DNA of 45,126 nt from Octopus bimaculoides (taxonomy: Eukaryota). A program made the translations under genes and the position numbers. Positions 23,612 to 35,959 of this stretch are shown here, piece by piece. Every line of letters starts with the position of its first letter. The first letter of the stretch is position 1. The DNA lies in the NCBI RefSeq assembly GCF_001194135.2, contig NC_068993.1:39220847-39265972 (forward strand), given 5' to 3'. The notes under the pieces were generated by a model, which worked only from the letters and a program-made list of their open reading frames with translations, was not told where the DNA came from and did not search any database.

Positions 23612-23731
23612 TTTTGTCTTCGCTGTTGTTATTGCTTTTGTCTTCGCTGTTGTTATTGCTTTTGTTGTAGCTGTTGTTATTGCTTTTGTTGTAGCTGTTG
23701 TTATTGCTTTTGTTGTAGCTGTTGTTATTGC
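23612..23731. repeat. 24-bp minisatellite, 5 copies
   Basis: TTTTGTCTTCGCTGTTGTTATTGC x2 then TTTTGTTGTAGCTGTTGTTATTGC x3. Confidence 0.92.
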
Positions 23732-23979
23732 TGCTATTGTTGTTGTTAATTAACAATGGCTGACTAACCTGTAATTTAGCAAATTGTTTGTCAGAAAACT
23801 GTCAATCAAAATATCTGTAAGTTTCGGAATTATTTTCTGAATCTGGTTTTATTTCGTTAAATTTCCACCATTCCTACTAATTATTAAATATTTCTTTTAC
23901 CACAGACAACAATCCATCATATAAGTATATCTTCTTGGTAGTAATGCTGTTATTGTAGTGTTTCTTGTTTTTGAAAATA

Positions 23980-24250
23980 GGTGGCTTAGTGGTTAGGGGT
24001 GTTGCACTCGTGATCGTGTAGTCATTAGTTCAATTCCGGGACGGGATGGTGCGTTTTGATCTCGAGCAAATCACTCCATTTCATATTGCTCTGCGATCAT
24101 TTCGACATCTGATATATGAAGTATGTACCGGTGACGTCGCTTTGGTGGAGGGTATGAGATAATGTACAGCAGAAGCATTTGATGGTTAAACACAAATAAT
24201 CTGTGCAGGATGTTGATCAGAATGAAGATGCAGGACCATCTTCCTTGAAT
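23980..24250 (+). mobile_element. Diverged SINE family B
   Basis: TGGCTTAGTGGTTAGG A box, AGTTCAATTCC B box, TTGATCTCGAGCAAATCAC core. Confidence 0.65.
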
Positions 24251-24376
24251 CGATAGACTACGATGAAGTTGTAAAATATATATTAGCGACAGGGGCAGTA
24301 TTAATACTGAGAGGCAATATTTATTCCCACTTAAAAATGGATGTTCTGTTAGGATAAACTATACTGCATTAGATGC

Positions 24377-24575
24377 CATGAAAGAACCTCTCATATTGGC
24401 TTTTGTTGCAAAATGCACCTCTATTTATATCACTTGTGAGGAGATAAATCCCCGTCATATCCAGTAATGAGACAACCAGATCACGTGATTTCGACCTTCC
24501 TTAGTTTCATCAATGATGGATGCTCGACTGTTAGAGATAGCAGCGACTTATCTCCCCGCCAGCGATATATAGAGA
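24377..24575. mobile_element. Partial or rearranged copy of the palindromic MITE at 24981-25283
   Basis: CCATGAAAGAACCTCTCATATTGGCTTTTG, GGAGATAAATCCC and GATCACGTGATTTCGACCTTCC shared with that element. Confidence 0.7.
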
Positions 24576-24719
24576 AATAGGCCACAACAAGCGCTGGTGT
24601 CGTAATTAGCCAATGAACTTGTTAAAAATATATTAGTGACAGAGGCAGCATTAATGCCGAGAGATAATATTTATCTCCACTTACATGTGGCTGATGTGTT
24701 TTAACAAACTTTGGTTGTT

Positions 24720-24972
24720 TATGGAAGACCAGTAATCGCCCATGCATACCAGCTTCCACTATCCACACCACTGATGTTATCCAAGGGAAATGCAAAGGCC
24801 AATACAGTTTTGCACCTGTGGCAACGCAACTCATTTCTGCACCTGAGTGAACTGGAGTAACATGAAATAAAGTGTCTTGCTCAAGAACAGAACATATAAC
24901 CCGGTCCGAGAATCGAACTCGCTACCACATGATTGTGAACCCGACGTTCTAACCATTGATCCAAGTGCCTTC
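24720..24972 (-). mobile_element. SINE family B variant
   Basis: GAAATAAAGTGTCTTGCTCAAGAAC and GAGAATCGAACTC in reverse. Confidence 0.75.
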
Positions 24973-24980
24973 ACTAGATA

Positions 24981-25283
24981 CCATGAAAAAAAAACTCTCA
25001 TATGGGTTTTTGGTGCCAAATGCATGCTTCTTTATGTCCCTGATGGGGAGATAAATCCCTGTCATCTCCAGCGCCAAGATCACATGATTTCGACCTTCCT
25101 TTGTCTCGCGATTGATGAGGAGAGACGAGTCGCTGTTATCTCTAGTAGTCGAGTGTCCATCATTGACGAGGCCAAGAAAGGTCGAAATCATGTGATCTGG
25201 TGGTCTCGGCGCTGGAGATGGCAGGGATTTATATACAAGCGCACATTTTCCACCAAAAGCTAATATGAAAGTTTCTCTCATGG
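24981..25283. mobile_element. Complete near-palindromic MITE with TA target duplication
   Basis: TA|CCATGA...TCATGG|TA; arms of roughly 130 bp including ATAAATCCCTGTCATCTCCAGCGC and GATCACATGATTTCGACCTT with their reverse complements. Confidence 0.82.
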
Positions 25284-25430
25284 TAAGTAAAGTTTGATCT
25301 AACAGAACATTCACGCTTAATCGGATTTATCTACGATTAAGTTGTTGGTGTTTAACCCCAGGTAAGTCCTGAATGAGATACACAAGTCATAATTTTCTCA
25401 TCTTTCTTTCAGACATTAGTGTATCTAATA

Positions 25431-25563
25431 CAGCTCTATATTTAAGAGATGGGGAATCATATACATTATTTACATTATTTGCATTATTTACATTTGACGG
25501 ATATTTGTCCTCATCTTGTTTGTTGTTAACACAACGTTTCGGCCGATATACCCTCCAGCCTTC
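25431..25563 (-). mobile_element. Hammerhead-element tail fragment truncated inside the ribozyme core
   Basis: Matches 8684-8802 (CATTTGACGGATATTTGTCCTCATCTTG...CAACGTTTCGG...CCAGCCTTC) but lacks the following ATCAG. Confidence 0.85.
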
Positions 25564-25947
25564 TAAGTTACCATATTCAATAGATTAATTATTTCTTTCT
25601 TTCTTTCTTTCTCTCTTTGAGAGAAATCCCCGACAGCTGTTGCTCTACTGAGCGTAATTAAATTACGAACTTTTAGTAGAACTTCAGATTTTCTATTTTT
25701 CTTCTAAATTTATTACTCTATTAAATCGTTTTTGATGATTATGTATATATATATATATATGCTAGTCAGTCACACCTAGATTTATTATCATGTTATAAAG
25801 TGTTGATGTTCAACAAATCTGATTTTAATTAAGCCCTTAATTACCGTGGGTATACATTTTGATCTACATGCATCAATTTTCTCTCTATATATATGCAGGT
25901 ATGTATAGTTAAACCTATCTCTGTGTGTGTGTATGGGGGCATTTGTG

Positions 25948-25982
<35 letters not shown>

Positions 25983-28029
25983 TTTTATTTGTTTCAGTCA
26001 TTTGACTGCGGCCATGCTGAAGCACTGCCTTTAGTCGAACAAATCGCCCTCACCCCCACNNNNNNNNNNNNNNNNNNNNNNNNNNNNNNNNNNNNNNNNN
26101 NNNNNNNNNNNNNNNNNNNNNNNNNNNNNNNNNNNNNNNNNNNNNNNNNNNNNNNNNNNNNNNNNNNNNNNNNNNNNNNNNNNNNNNNNNNNNNNNNNNN
26201 NNNNNNNNNNNNNNNNNNNNNNNNNNNNNNNNNNNNNNNNNNNNNNNNNNNNNNNNNNNNNNNNNNNNNNNNNNNNNNNNNNNNNNNNNNNNNNNNNNNN
26301 NNNNNNNNNNNNNNNNNNNNNNNNNNNNNNNNNNNNNNNNNNNNNNNNNNNNNNNNNNNNNNNNNNNNNNNNNNNNNNNTATATATATATATATATATAT
26401 ATACGTACTTGGTAATAAGGTATATTTACTTTTACTTTAGAGGGTATATTGCAATTAGGCTTAGCAAGGTATTTTTCGCTAAGTTATAAAAGTTAAATTT
26501 TTCTAAAGGGTTCGAACGCTAGTCTAAAACATGAAAGAAGACACGAAAATTATCAAGATACACGATATGCAAGAAATATAAGTAATCTTACCACATATCG
26601 TGGCGGTGTTCCATTACCATTAGTAACAAAACTTCGAAAGCACCAGAAGAGAAAAGGAAGAAATCAAATGGTAGGAGAGAAAGGCTCAATAAAGTCAACT
26701 TTGCTCCCCAGTAGCACTACCATGCAGTCTATGTCATCGAGTCTTTTTTTATACTAGAATTGGTCTATAGAGTCATTCAGTGCCATCACCATAAAGAGAG
26801 CATCCAGTGAAGAAGAAACTAAATTCTCGGACACAAGATAAAGCCACCACCACTGACGATACACACATATACATACACACACATGCACACATATTGAAGA
26901 CAGTACCCTTGCACACACGTATGTTCATGGATGAAAACTTGGAATAATGAGTCCTCAACACAGCATTGGTTAATGAATTAATTAATTCTCTTGATAGAAT
27001 TAAGTAGTCAGATGCCATAGGTTTCGTGCATATATATACATTTATCAAACTAGCTCACTCTCATTATATACACACACATACATACATACATACATACATA
27101 CATGTGTGTGCGCATGTATTGTATATANNNNNNNNNNNNNNNNNNNNNNNNNNNNNNNNNNNNNNNNNNNNNNNNNNNNNNNNNNNNNNNNNNNNNNNNN
27201 NNNNNNNNNNNNNNNNNNNNNNNNNNNNNNNNNNNNNNNNNNNNNNNNNNNNNNNNNNNNNNNNNNNNNNNNNNNNNNNNNNNNNNNNNNNNNNNNNNNN
27301 NNNNNNNNNNNNNNNNNNNNNNNNNNNNNNNNNNNNNNNNNNNNNNNNNNNNNNNNNNNNNNNNNNNNNNNNNNNNNNNNNNNNNNNNNNNNNNNNNNNN
27401 NNNNNNNNNNNNNNNNNNNNNNNNNNNNNNNNNNNNNNNNNNNNNNNNNNNNNNNNNNNNNNNNNNNNNNNNNNNNNNNNNNNNNNNNNNNNNNNNNNNN
27501 NNNNNNNNNNNNNNNNNNNNNNNNNNNNNNNNNNNNNNNNNNNNNNNNNNNNNNNNNNNNNNNNNNNNNNNNNNNNNNNNNNNNNNNNNNNNNNNNNNNN
27601 NNNNNNNNNNNNNNNNNNNNNNNNNNNNNNNNNNNNNNNNNNNNNNNNNNNNNNNNNNNNNNNNNNNNNNNNNNNNNNNNNNNNNNNNNNNNNNNNNNNN
27701 NNNNNNCACATACATACATACATACATACATACATGTGTGTGCGCATGTATTGTATATACAATGAGAATTAGATTGTTTGATAGATATAGATATATGCAT
27801 AAAGACTATGGTATTTGACTATTCAGATCATATAAGAGAAGTAATTTATCTACCAATGTAGTGTTGAGAACTCTTTCTTCCCGTTCACTGCCCATCATGA
27901 AGGTGTACGTGTGTGTGTACGTGGGTGCGTGTGCATTCGTGTGTGTATTGTCTTCAACAAGGTTTTTTTTGTCTTGCATCTATTCTTCTCTTAAGTAGGT
28001 AAATAGTGACTCAAAATTGTGTCACTATG

Positions 28030-28046
28030 CACATTGAATGTAAAGG

Positions 28047-28083
<37 letters not shown>

Positions 28084-28111
28084 TACTTATGCATATATAC
28101 ATATATATGTG

Positions 28112-28143
<32 letters not shown>

Positions 28144-28297
28144 CATATATACTTATGCATATATATATATATATGTGTATATATATATATATACATATAT
28201 ACTTATGCAAAAATATATATATGTGTATATATATATATACATATATACTTATGCATATATATATATATGTGTATATATATATATACATATATACTTA

Positions 28298-28337
<40 letters not shown>

Positions 28338-28347
28338 NNNNNNNNNN

Positions 28348-28386
<39 letters not shown>

Positions 28387-28500
28387 CTTATGCATATATA
28401 TATATATATGTGAATATATATATATATACCCATACATATACATATATATATACCCATACATATACATATATATATACCCATACATATACATACATAGTTA
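28030..28500. repeat. TA-rich minisatellites
   Basis: ACTTATGCA at 28085, 28151, 28201, 28247, 28293 and 28386; then TACCCATACATATAC x3 with period 24. Confidence 0.85.
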
Positions 28501-28588
28501 TTTACATAAGAAAGGTAGACAAATGCACATGCCTACATACACATATTCAATGTACATATAAATATACCTATATATATATATGTGTATG

Positions 28589-28619
<31 letters not shown>

Positions 28620-28620
28620 A

Positions 28621-28656
<36 letters not shown>

Positions 28657-30132
28657 CATACACACACATACACACACACACATATACATACACGCCCTCA
28701 AGATGATATTTCAAATTTTATTTGCCCTACTATTATGTATAAAAAAATAACAGAACGAGCGATAAATGGTCTATTTAACAAACAGACCCTATTTTAAATT
28801 TAGTTATAGTTTAATGCATAAAGCATCAGTTTGTAAGCACAGACCAAGCAAGAACAGGCACAAGAACAATGACGAGTAAAGAATAATAAAAATGTCAGTA
28901 AAGAATAATAGAAATGGGTATTTTTTCTTTCTTTTCTTTTCTTACTTTTTTTTGTAATTGTTCATAGATGGGTAGGAAGTTGTATGAACTGGTGGAAAGG
29001 TAATATTGTGATATACACACATAGGTACATACAAACATGCATATTTTATATATATGTATATATATATTTACTTATAGAATTATTAATTTACCGATACTGT
29101 TTTTGTCCATAGGATAATGTGGTTTCTTTGTTGTAGTTTAATTAATAATGTTAGTGTTTAATCCTTCCCAGAATTAAGATTGAATGAATGTGGTGATATC
29201 TAAGCTATGCTTGTTCCCAAACAACACTTATTTTAGTGCTGTTGACACCGCCAAATTGAATGGTACTGCCCAGGTGTCGAAACCATAATGATATCCATGT
29301 GGCAGCTGATGATGGAGGTGTGATGGATTGTTGGTATTGTCTAGGGATCAACTCTTTTCCCTCAACCAGACACAAATTCCCTGGAATGTGTCTAAGTGGC
29401 TATTTTTCTCCTCTGACAGAGCGAAAATAATTCATATTTTCTTGAAAATGTTCAAGTTTACTTAATTGATTGTGTGATTAATCAATTAGATGGAAAAGAA
29501 AGGAAAAGAAATGTATCTGTTGTTGTGTTAGAGAGCTAATCTGTACGCTTTTTCAACAGTACCACTGGGTACTTCGGTCTCCAGACTTCTGGGCTGTAGT
29601 TACCAGAGGTCATGCAAAAGGTTCAGGACACTTCCCCTCACTGTTCTGATTAACTAACATATTAAGTATGTAGGCAGAAAGATTGGATTGATGGACAGAC
29701 ATTTCTTCCAGCTCTTTATGTTCTGAGTTCAAATTCCACTTTGCCTTATATCCTTTTAGGGTCGAGAAGTACCAGTTAAGCTCTTGGTTTGACATAATTA
29801 ACTAGCACCCTTCTTATGCATTTCAGGACTTGTGCCTAAAGTAGAAAGGATTATTATTATTATTATCATCATCATCATCATCATCATCATCATTATGATT
29901 ATTATTATTATTTTCATTAGCATCTTCTTTCAATTTTGTTTCCATTTCTTGCCCAGTGTCTTCCTGACACCTAGGGCAGAGAAACGTACTGCATACATTG
30001 GTGGGCCATTAAAATAAACATATCAGATTGTTCACTTACAAAGTCATGTGACAAAGAAAAAGAAGAAGACAGAGAGAAAAAAGAAAAAGCATAAATGTAA
30101 ACAAATAAAATAAGTGGTGGGGGGAAGAAAAT

Positions 30133-30320
30133 TCACAGCGACAATGCTCTTCTCAATATGTGTCACGTACTAGTTAAGACAGTCTTTTGCACTTCCCACA
30201 TGGGTGGTAAGCCAGGGATCATTTTAAATAATTTTGAGTTCCTTTTTTTTTTTTTTCGATCATTCCAAGTGCTCCTACAATCACTGGTATTGTAACTGTC
30301 TTGAGATGCCACATCTTTTT
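30133..30320 (-). pseudogene. C-terminal tail of an RLE-type non-LTR retrotransposon
   Basis: KMWHLKTVTIPVIVGALGMI...GTQNYLK/MIPGLPPMWEVQKTVLTST*HILRRALSL* with one frameshift and one internal stop. Confidence 0.72.
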
Positions 30321-30480
30321 GATGCTGGTGTGTTTACGTCCCCGTAACTTCGCGGTTTGGCAAAAAAGACCGATAGAATAAGTACTAGGCTTACAAAGAA
30401 TAACTCCTGGGGTCGATTTGCTCAACTAAAGGTGGCGCTCCAGCATGGCCTCAGTCAAATGGCTGAAACAAGTAAAAGAG
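30321..30480 (+). mobile_element. SINE 3' module
   Basis: GGTGTGTTTACGTCCCCGTAACTT...GACCGATAGAATAAGTACTAGG...AAACAAGTAAAAGAG. Confidence 0.75.
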
Positions 30481-30484
30481 TATA

Positions 30485-31530
30485 CCAGACAAAATGCTTA
30501 GTAACATTTTATCCGTCTTTACATTCTGAGTTCAAATTCTACTGAGGTTGACTTTGCCTTTCATCCTTTCAGGGTCAATAATTTAAGCACCAGTCAAGTA
30601 CTGAGGTTGATGTAATCGACCAGCCCCCTCCCTTAAACTTTCAGGCCATGTGCCTACACTAGAAAGGATTATTATTCTTGGTGAGCTTACAGAATCAATA
30701 GTGTGCTGGACAAAATGCTTACCAGCATTTCTTCTGGTGTTATGTTTTGAGTTCAAATTCTACCATGGTCAATTTTGTCTTTCATCCTTTTAGGGTAAAA
30801 TAAGTACCAGTCAGGCACTGGGGTTGATGGAATCAATAAGCTGCTCTTTCCAAAATTTCAGGTCAAGTGCCTATAGCAGAAAGAATTACTGAGGAGGCAG
30901 AGTTGTTAATACACCAGACAAAAGGCTGCTGAGTTTGACTTTGCCTTTCATCCTTTTAAGGTCGATAAAATAAGTACCAGTTGAACACTGGGGTTGATTT
31001 AATCAACTTAGCCCCTTCTCCAAACAGTTAGCCTTGTGCCAAAATTTTAAACCAATATTATTGTTGTTTTTAAGGCAGCAAGCTGGCAGAATTGGTTGCA
31101 TGTCAGGTAAATTGCTCAGCAGAATTTCAAAGGCGGTGAGCTGGCAAAAACGTTAGCACTCCGGACGAAATGCTTAGCGATATTTCGTCTGCCTTTACGT
31201 TCTGAGTTCAAGGTCTGCCGAGGTCGACTTTGCCTTTCATCATATTTTCGGGTCGATAAATTAAGTACCAGTTACGCACTGGGGTGGATGTAATCGACTT
31301 AATCCCTTTGTCTGTCCTTGTTTGTCCCCTCTATGTTTAGCCCCTTGTGGGCAATAAAGATATAAGAATTTCATCTGTCTTTAAATTCTAAGTTAGAATT
31401 CCACTGGGGTTGACTTCCTTTTCATCCATTTGAGGTCAATGAAATAAGTATCATTTGAATGTTGGGGTCAGTTTAATCAACATACTCCCTCCCTTGAATT
31501 TGCTGGCCTTGTGCCAAAATTTGAAACCCG
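30485..31530 (+). mobile_element. Cluster of about five co-oriented SINE family A copies
   Basis: Repeated GAGTTCAAATT, CCTTTCATCCTTT and TAAGTACCAG motifs. Confidence 0.85.
31130..31364 (+). mobile_element. Younger SINE family A variant nested inside an older copy
   Basis: AGAATTTCA duplicated at 31121-31129 and 31365-31373; the host SINE resumes afterwards; distinct tail CCCTTTGTCTGTCCTTGTTTGTCCCCTC. Confidence 0.82.
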
Positions 31531-32994
31531 TATTATTATTGCTGTTGTTTGTTGTAAGGTGCTAATGTCAAAAGTTGATTAGCCGAAATTAAGAGAAACT
31601 GACTGCTAAAGAGACAAAATCAATATTTTCATTAAATTCATCTCTGTTTTAATACACAGAGTGTTTAAGTGAAAGGAGAGCTTTAAGAAAAGTCATAACA
31701 CTTAATGTTGTTTTATTTTGTTTACAATAACCATGATAAAATTCTTTGTTATAACTGATTAAAACGTTTGAGAATAATGTCCACTCAGTAATTATGGTGT
31801 CATTAAGATTCCATCATAGCAAGGACTGAAAATATTCGGAAATGAATGACCGGTCTATATATAAAATACAAATAAACAATATCTATTATTGAAATGATTT
31901 TAGAATGAAGAAATAACTCAAATGAAATTGGTCTTCATAGCTTCCTTCTTTTAGAATAGATTGGTGTTTATTCCTTTCATTATTTATATATCTGCCATGA
32001 GGCAGAATTAGGCAGAGATGAATGCTTTAATGCTAGACATATTCTTAAAAATGCCAAAATTTTTATAGAGAAATTGTGTCGCCAGCCATATCAGATAATT
32101 ACTTTTCTGAAAGTAGACTTCACACAAAAGAACAATACAAGGAATTATTCTTCTTTCAGATATTTTTGGTTTAACTGCCATTCTTTGACTCTTCGGCAAT
32201 CTCATTTTCTTATTTATACTTTTGGCATTTCTTTGCTTTTGTTTGCCCGTATTGAGCTCATAACAAACCTCATTAACAGCCTACCCGTTTTATCAGGAAC
32301 ATATTTCAATGCGACCATCTTCATATTGCTATTAATAATGCTTCACAGGACAGCAAAGAATTTCACTCACTAAACTACAGCTATATTCATATTTTTATAG
32401 TTCTGTGTTTTTGCCTCCATATTAAAAATGGTTTTATCTTGCAGCAGTTTCTCTCACCTTGGTCATTTCCTTCGAAAAATTCTACCTTCTTTTAGATATA
32501 TCTTTAACTAGCCTAATGCATGTTCTTCTTGGACTAATTCTACTGATCTTAACTGCAAAACTTCCCATAATTCTTAATGGGTGGTTAGATCACAACTAAA
32601 ACTTTTGGATTCATCTAGTGTGACCAGAATAAAGTCAGCCAGGTGGAGCGCATTCTTCAATATGCTATTGCTGTTTATTATTCTTTGCTGCTGCGGCAGC
32701 AACTCTTGTAGTTGTTGTTGATTAACTCTAGAACAGCCTGATCGAGCAGACCTACGATCAAAATCATGATTAACTATTTTTTTTTTTGTAAGATAATACA
32801 TCTAAGACTACATTTAGATGATAAGGTATGATTTGAAGAAAAATTGGCTGTTATTTCTAGCTATTCAAGTGACCATTAAGATAATTTCTCCTTAAAACCA
32901 GGTGCACATATGAATTGTTGGTTTTTATTGTTTACTCCCAGATAAACATTTACTGAACAAACCTATGATCAAAATATTTCCAGGTATTCTGGTT

Positions 32995-33123
32995 GCTTCT
33001 CAACCACATGGTTCTGGGTTCAGTTCCACTGCATGGTACCTTGGGCAAGTCTCTTCTACTATAGCTTCGAGCTGACCAAAGCCTTGTAAGTGGATTTGGT
33101 TGACAGAAACTGAAAGTAGCCTG

Positions 33124-33169
<46 letters not shown>

Positions 33170-33255
33170 GTATACGTACATGTTTGTGTGTCTGTGTTTG
33201 TCCCACCACCATCATTAGACAGCTGATGTTGGTGTGTTTACATCCCCATAACTTG
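32995..33255 (+). mobile_element. CORE-like SINE with internal TA microsatellite
   Basis: GGGTTCAGTTCCACTGCATGGTACCTTGGGCAAGT...GCCTTGTAAGTGGATTTGG...(TA)n...GGTGTGTTTACATCCCC. Confidence 0.75.
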
Positions 33256-34314
33256 GACAGAGCAATATAATTATATTCTTTACAATTTTGAAATTACCAA
33301 AGTGTGTTTTGGTGACCTTGAAACTCAAAAGTAACAGAACTAGTCTTGTAAGTGCCACCGTCTGAATGAACATGTGAGTGTTTGTGTCTATGTGTGGATG
33401 TGTGAGTATAAATGCATATGTGCACATATGTATGTATGTATGTATACACACACACACACACATACACTCACACCGCACACAGATGTATATACATATGCAT
33501 ATATATGCATGGTGCAATATTATGATGGTTGCATTAAAACTAATGTATTCTAGAATCCTTGAACTGAAACGATGGCAAGTACTTATTTAACTCCACCCAA
33601 TGCTCTTTAGGTGGAGCAGTTCAGGCACATTTTAATTTTAATATAAGGAAAGAAAGCAGACAAAGAATATATATATATATATACATGCATATATATGTAT
33701 ACATGTTACAGACATGTATGTATGGGTATCTGTGTATGTAATATGTATTTTAGTATGTTTATATTTGTTTATATTACATGACTTTATAAAGGAAAATATT
33801 TTCTGCTATTACAAATTTTGAGTTGTGGTACCATCAAGCATGACTCCTGAATATTAGTTAAGCGGATTTGAACAGATGACAAAAGCAGGCTGTAAATGTC
33901 TGCTAGGAAATTACATAAACTATTGATTTTAATTTCAGTGAACTTCAATTTAATTATTAAAATTATTTTTTGTTATTGAGTTTCAAGTTACATATCAGTC
34001 ATTTTACACACATTCAGATCCTAGGTGCTCTTACACCTTTTCTACTGAACATACTGTATTTTCCAAGATCCGACTTAGAATGGTTCAACCAAAACTTACA
34101 GCCAAAAAAGGTCCGTTGACTTGGACATCAAGATAACTTTGGAGGACTGAAAATTCTGTGTGAAATGCTACAGGATTTGAAAAGAAAATGATAATGTTTG
34201 AATGTTTACACTACATGCATACATTGTATACCATGTTGATTGGTATGCCACTAAATATGGTACCGTTTTCATTCTATCCAGAATGTTGGTTACACCTTGT
34301 AGAGAATCATCACC

Positions 34315-35115
34315 ATCATCATTTAAAATCCACTTTCCATGCTGCCATGGGTTAGAAGGTTTGACTGGAACTGGTAAGCTGGAGAGCTGCACCAGGCTCC
34401 AGTCTGATTTAGCATGATCTCTATGATTGGATGCTCTTCCTGTCACCAACTACTCCAAGAGCGTAACGGATGTTTTTTATTTGCCACCAACTGGATACTT
34501 TTATGTTCTACTAGCATGGGTGCCAGGTACATGACACCGGCATCAGCCATGACTATGAGTTCACTTGGCTTGACAAGGCTTCTCAAACACAGCATATCGC
34601 CAAAGGTCTTGTTCACATGTCATTGCCTTTACAATAGGCATTAATTATCATCATCATCATCATCATCATCGTTTAACGTCCGCTTTCCATGCTAGCATAA
34701 GTTGGACGAGTTGACTGAGCACTGGCAAACCAGATGGCTGCACCAGGGTCCAATCTGATCTGGCAGAGTTTCTACAGCTGGATGCCCTTCCTTATGCCAA
34801 CCACTCCGAGAGTGTAGTGGGTGCTTTTACGTGCCACCGGCATGAGGGCCAGTCATGTGGTACTGGCAACAGCCATGCTCAAATGGTGTTTTTACATGCC
34901 ACCTGCACAGAAGTCAGACCAGTGGCGCTGGCAACGACCTCACTTGAATGTTTTGTTCATATGCCACCGGCACAAGTGCCAGTAAGGCAACACTGGTAAT
35001 GATCACAATCAAATGGTGCTTTTTACGTGCCACTGGCATGGAAGCCAGACCACTGCTCTGGCAGTGATCCTGCTCGGATGGTGCTGTTAGCGCTCCACTG
35101 GCACGGGTGCCGGTC
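34315..35115 (-). mobile_element. Two RTE-tailed non-autonomous elements; the second has about 65-bp internal tandem units
   Basis: (CAT)n-GTTTAACGTCCGCTTTCCATGC and GGATGCCCTTCC; TTTTAC(G/A)TGCCAC-type units near 34821, 34887, 34951 and 35017. Confidence 0.75.
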
Positions 35116-35688
35116 ATCGAATTTGGTTCAGTTACGATTTATGTTTTTGTTATTTAATTTAATGTAATATTGTCATGAATTGAATGAGATTGGCCTTTTG
35201 CAGTAGTTTAATTCAATTTTGGGTGCTGTTTCAGATAACTCAGTCAGCATAGAATTTGTTTTTGGCTACATAACATTGCTGCAATATCTTGTTTACAACA
35301 GTAAACAAGCTGATGAGAGCATCAAACGACCCTTTATATATATTTTTTAATGCAGATAGGCAAGACTTCATCTTGAAATTCTTTACTAATTGCATAGCGA
35401 TGGCTATCTTTTATTTGTTCCAGTCACTAGAGTGTAGCCAAGCTGGGGCACTGCCTTGCAGGATCTTAGTTGGATGAATTGATGACAGTACTTTTTGTAA
35501 ACCCAGGTGCTTATTTTGTTGGCCCCTTTTGCTGAGCCACTAAGTTATGGGAAAGCAAACATACCAACACAGGTTGCGAAGCCATGGTGGGGTACACACA
35601 CACACACACATACGCACGTGCCTGAGCACATATATATATATATATATATANNNNNNNNNNNNNNNNNNNNNNNNNNNNNNNNNNNNNN

Positions 35689-35723
<35 letters not shown>

Positions 35724-35959
35724 ATATTGACAAGTTACTTTCAGTTTTTGTTCTCCAATCCACTTTCAAGGCTTTGGTTGGCTTAGGGCTATTGCAGAAG
35801 TCACTTGCTGAAGGTGGCGTGATGTGGGACTGAACTCAGAATCATGTGGTTGGGAAGCAAACTTCTTACCACACACCCATGCCTTATATGGCCAATCAGG
35901 TATAAGAAAGCATACAACAATATATTAATAGAATTTCTTTGGTGGTGATTGTCATCGTC

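Noticed and set aside
23612-23731. CRISPR-like 24-bp repeats
   Set aside because: There are no unique spacers and the context is eukaryotic; it is a plain minisatellite.
27081-27760. Identical about 45-bp sequence on both sides of a gap
   Set aside because: Most likely an unmerged contig overlap or collapsed tandem repeat (assembly artefact).
29220-29420. 64-codon open stretch on the minus strand
   Set aside because: No start codon, no in-frame splice acceptor and no recognisable similarity.
32008-32400. Possible decayed PHD-finger or pogo-like transposase tail on the minus strand
   Set aside because: It needs several frameshifts and substitutions to recover the Cys/His pattern; not supportable without an HMM search.
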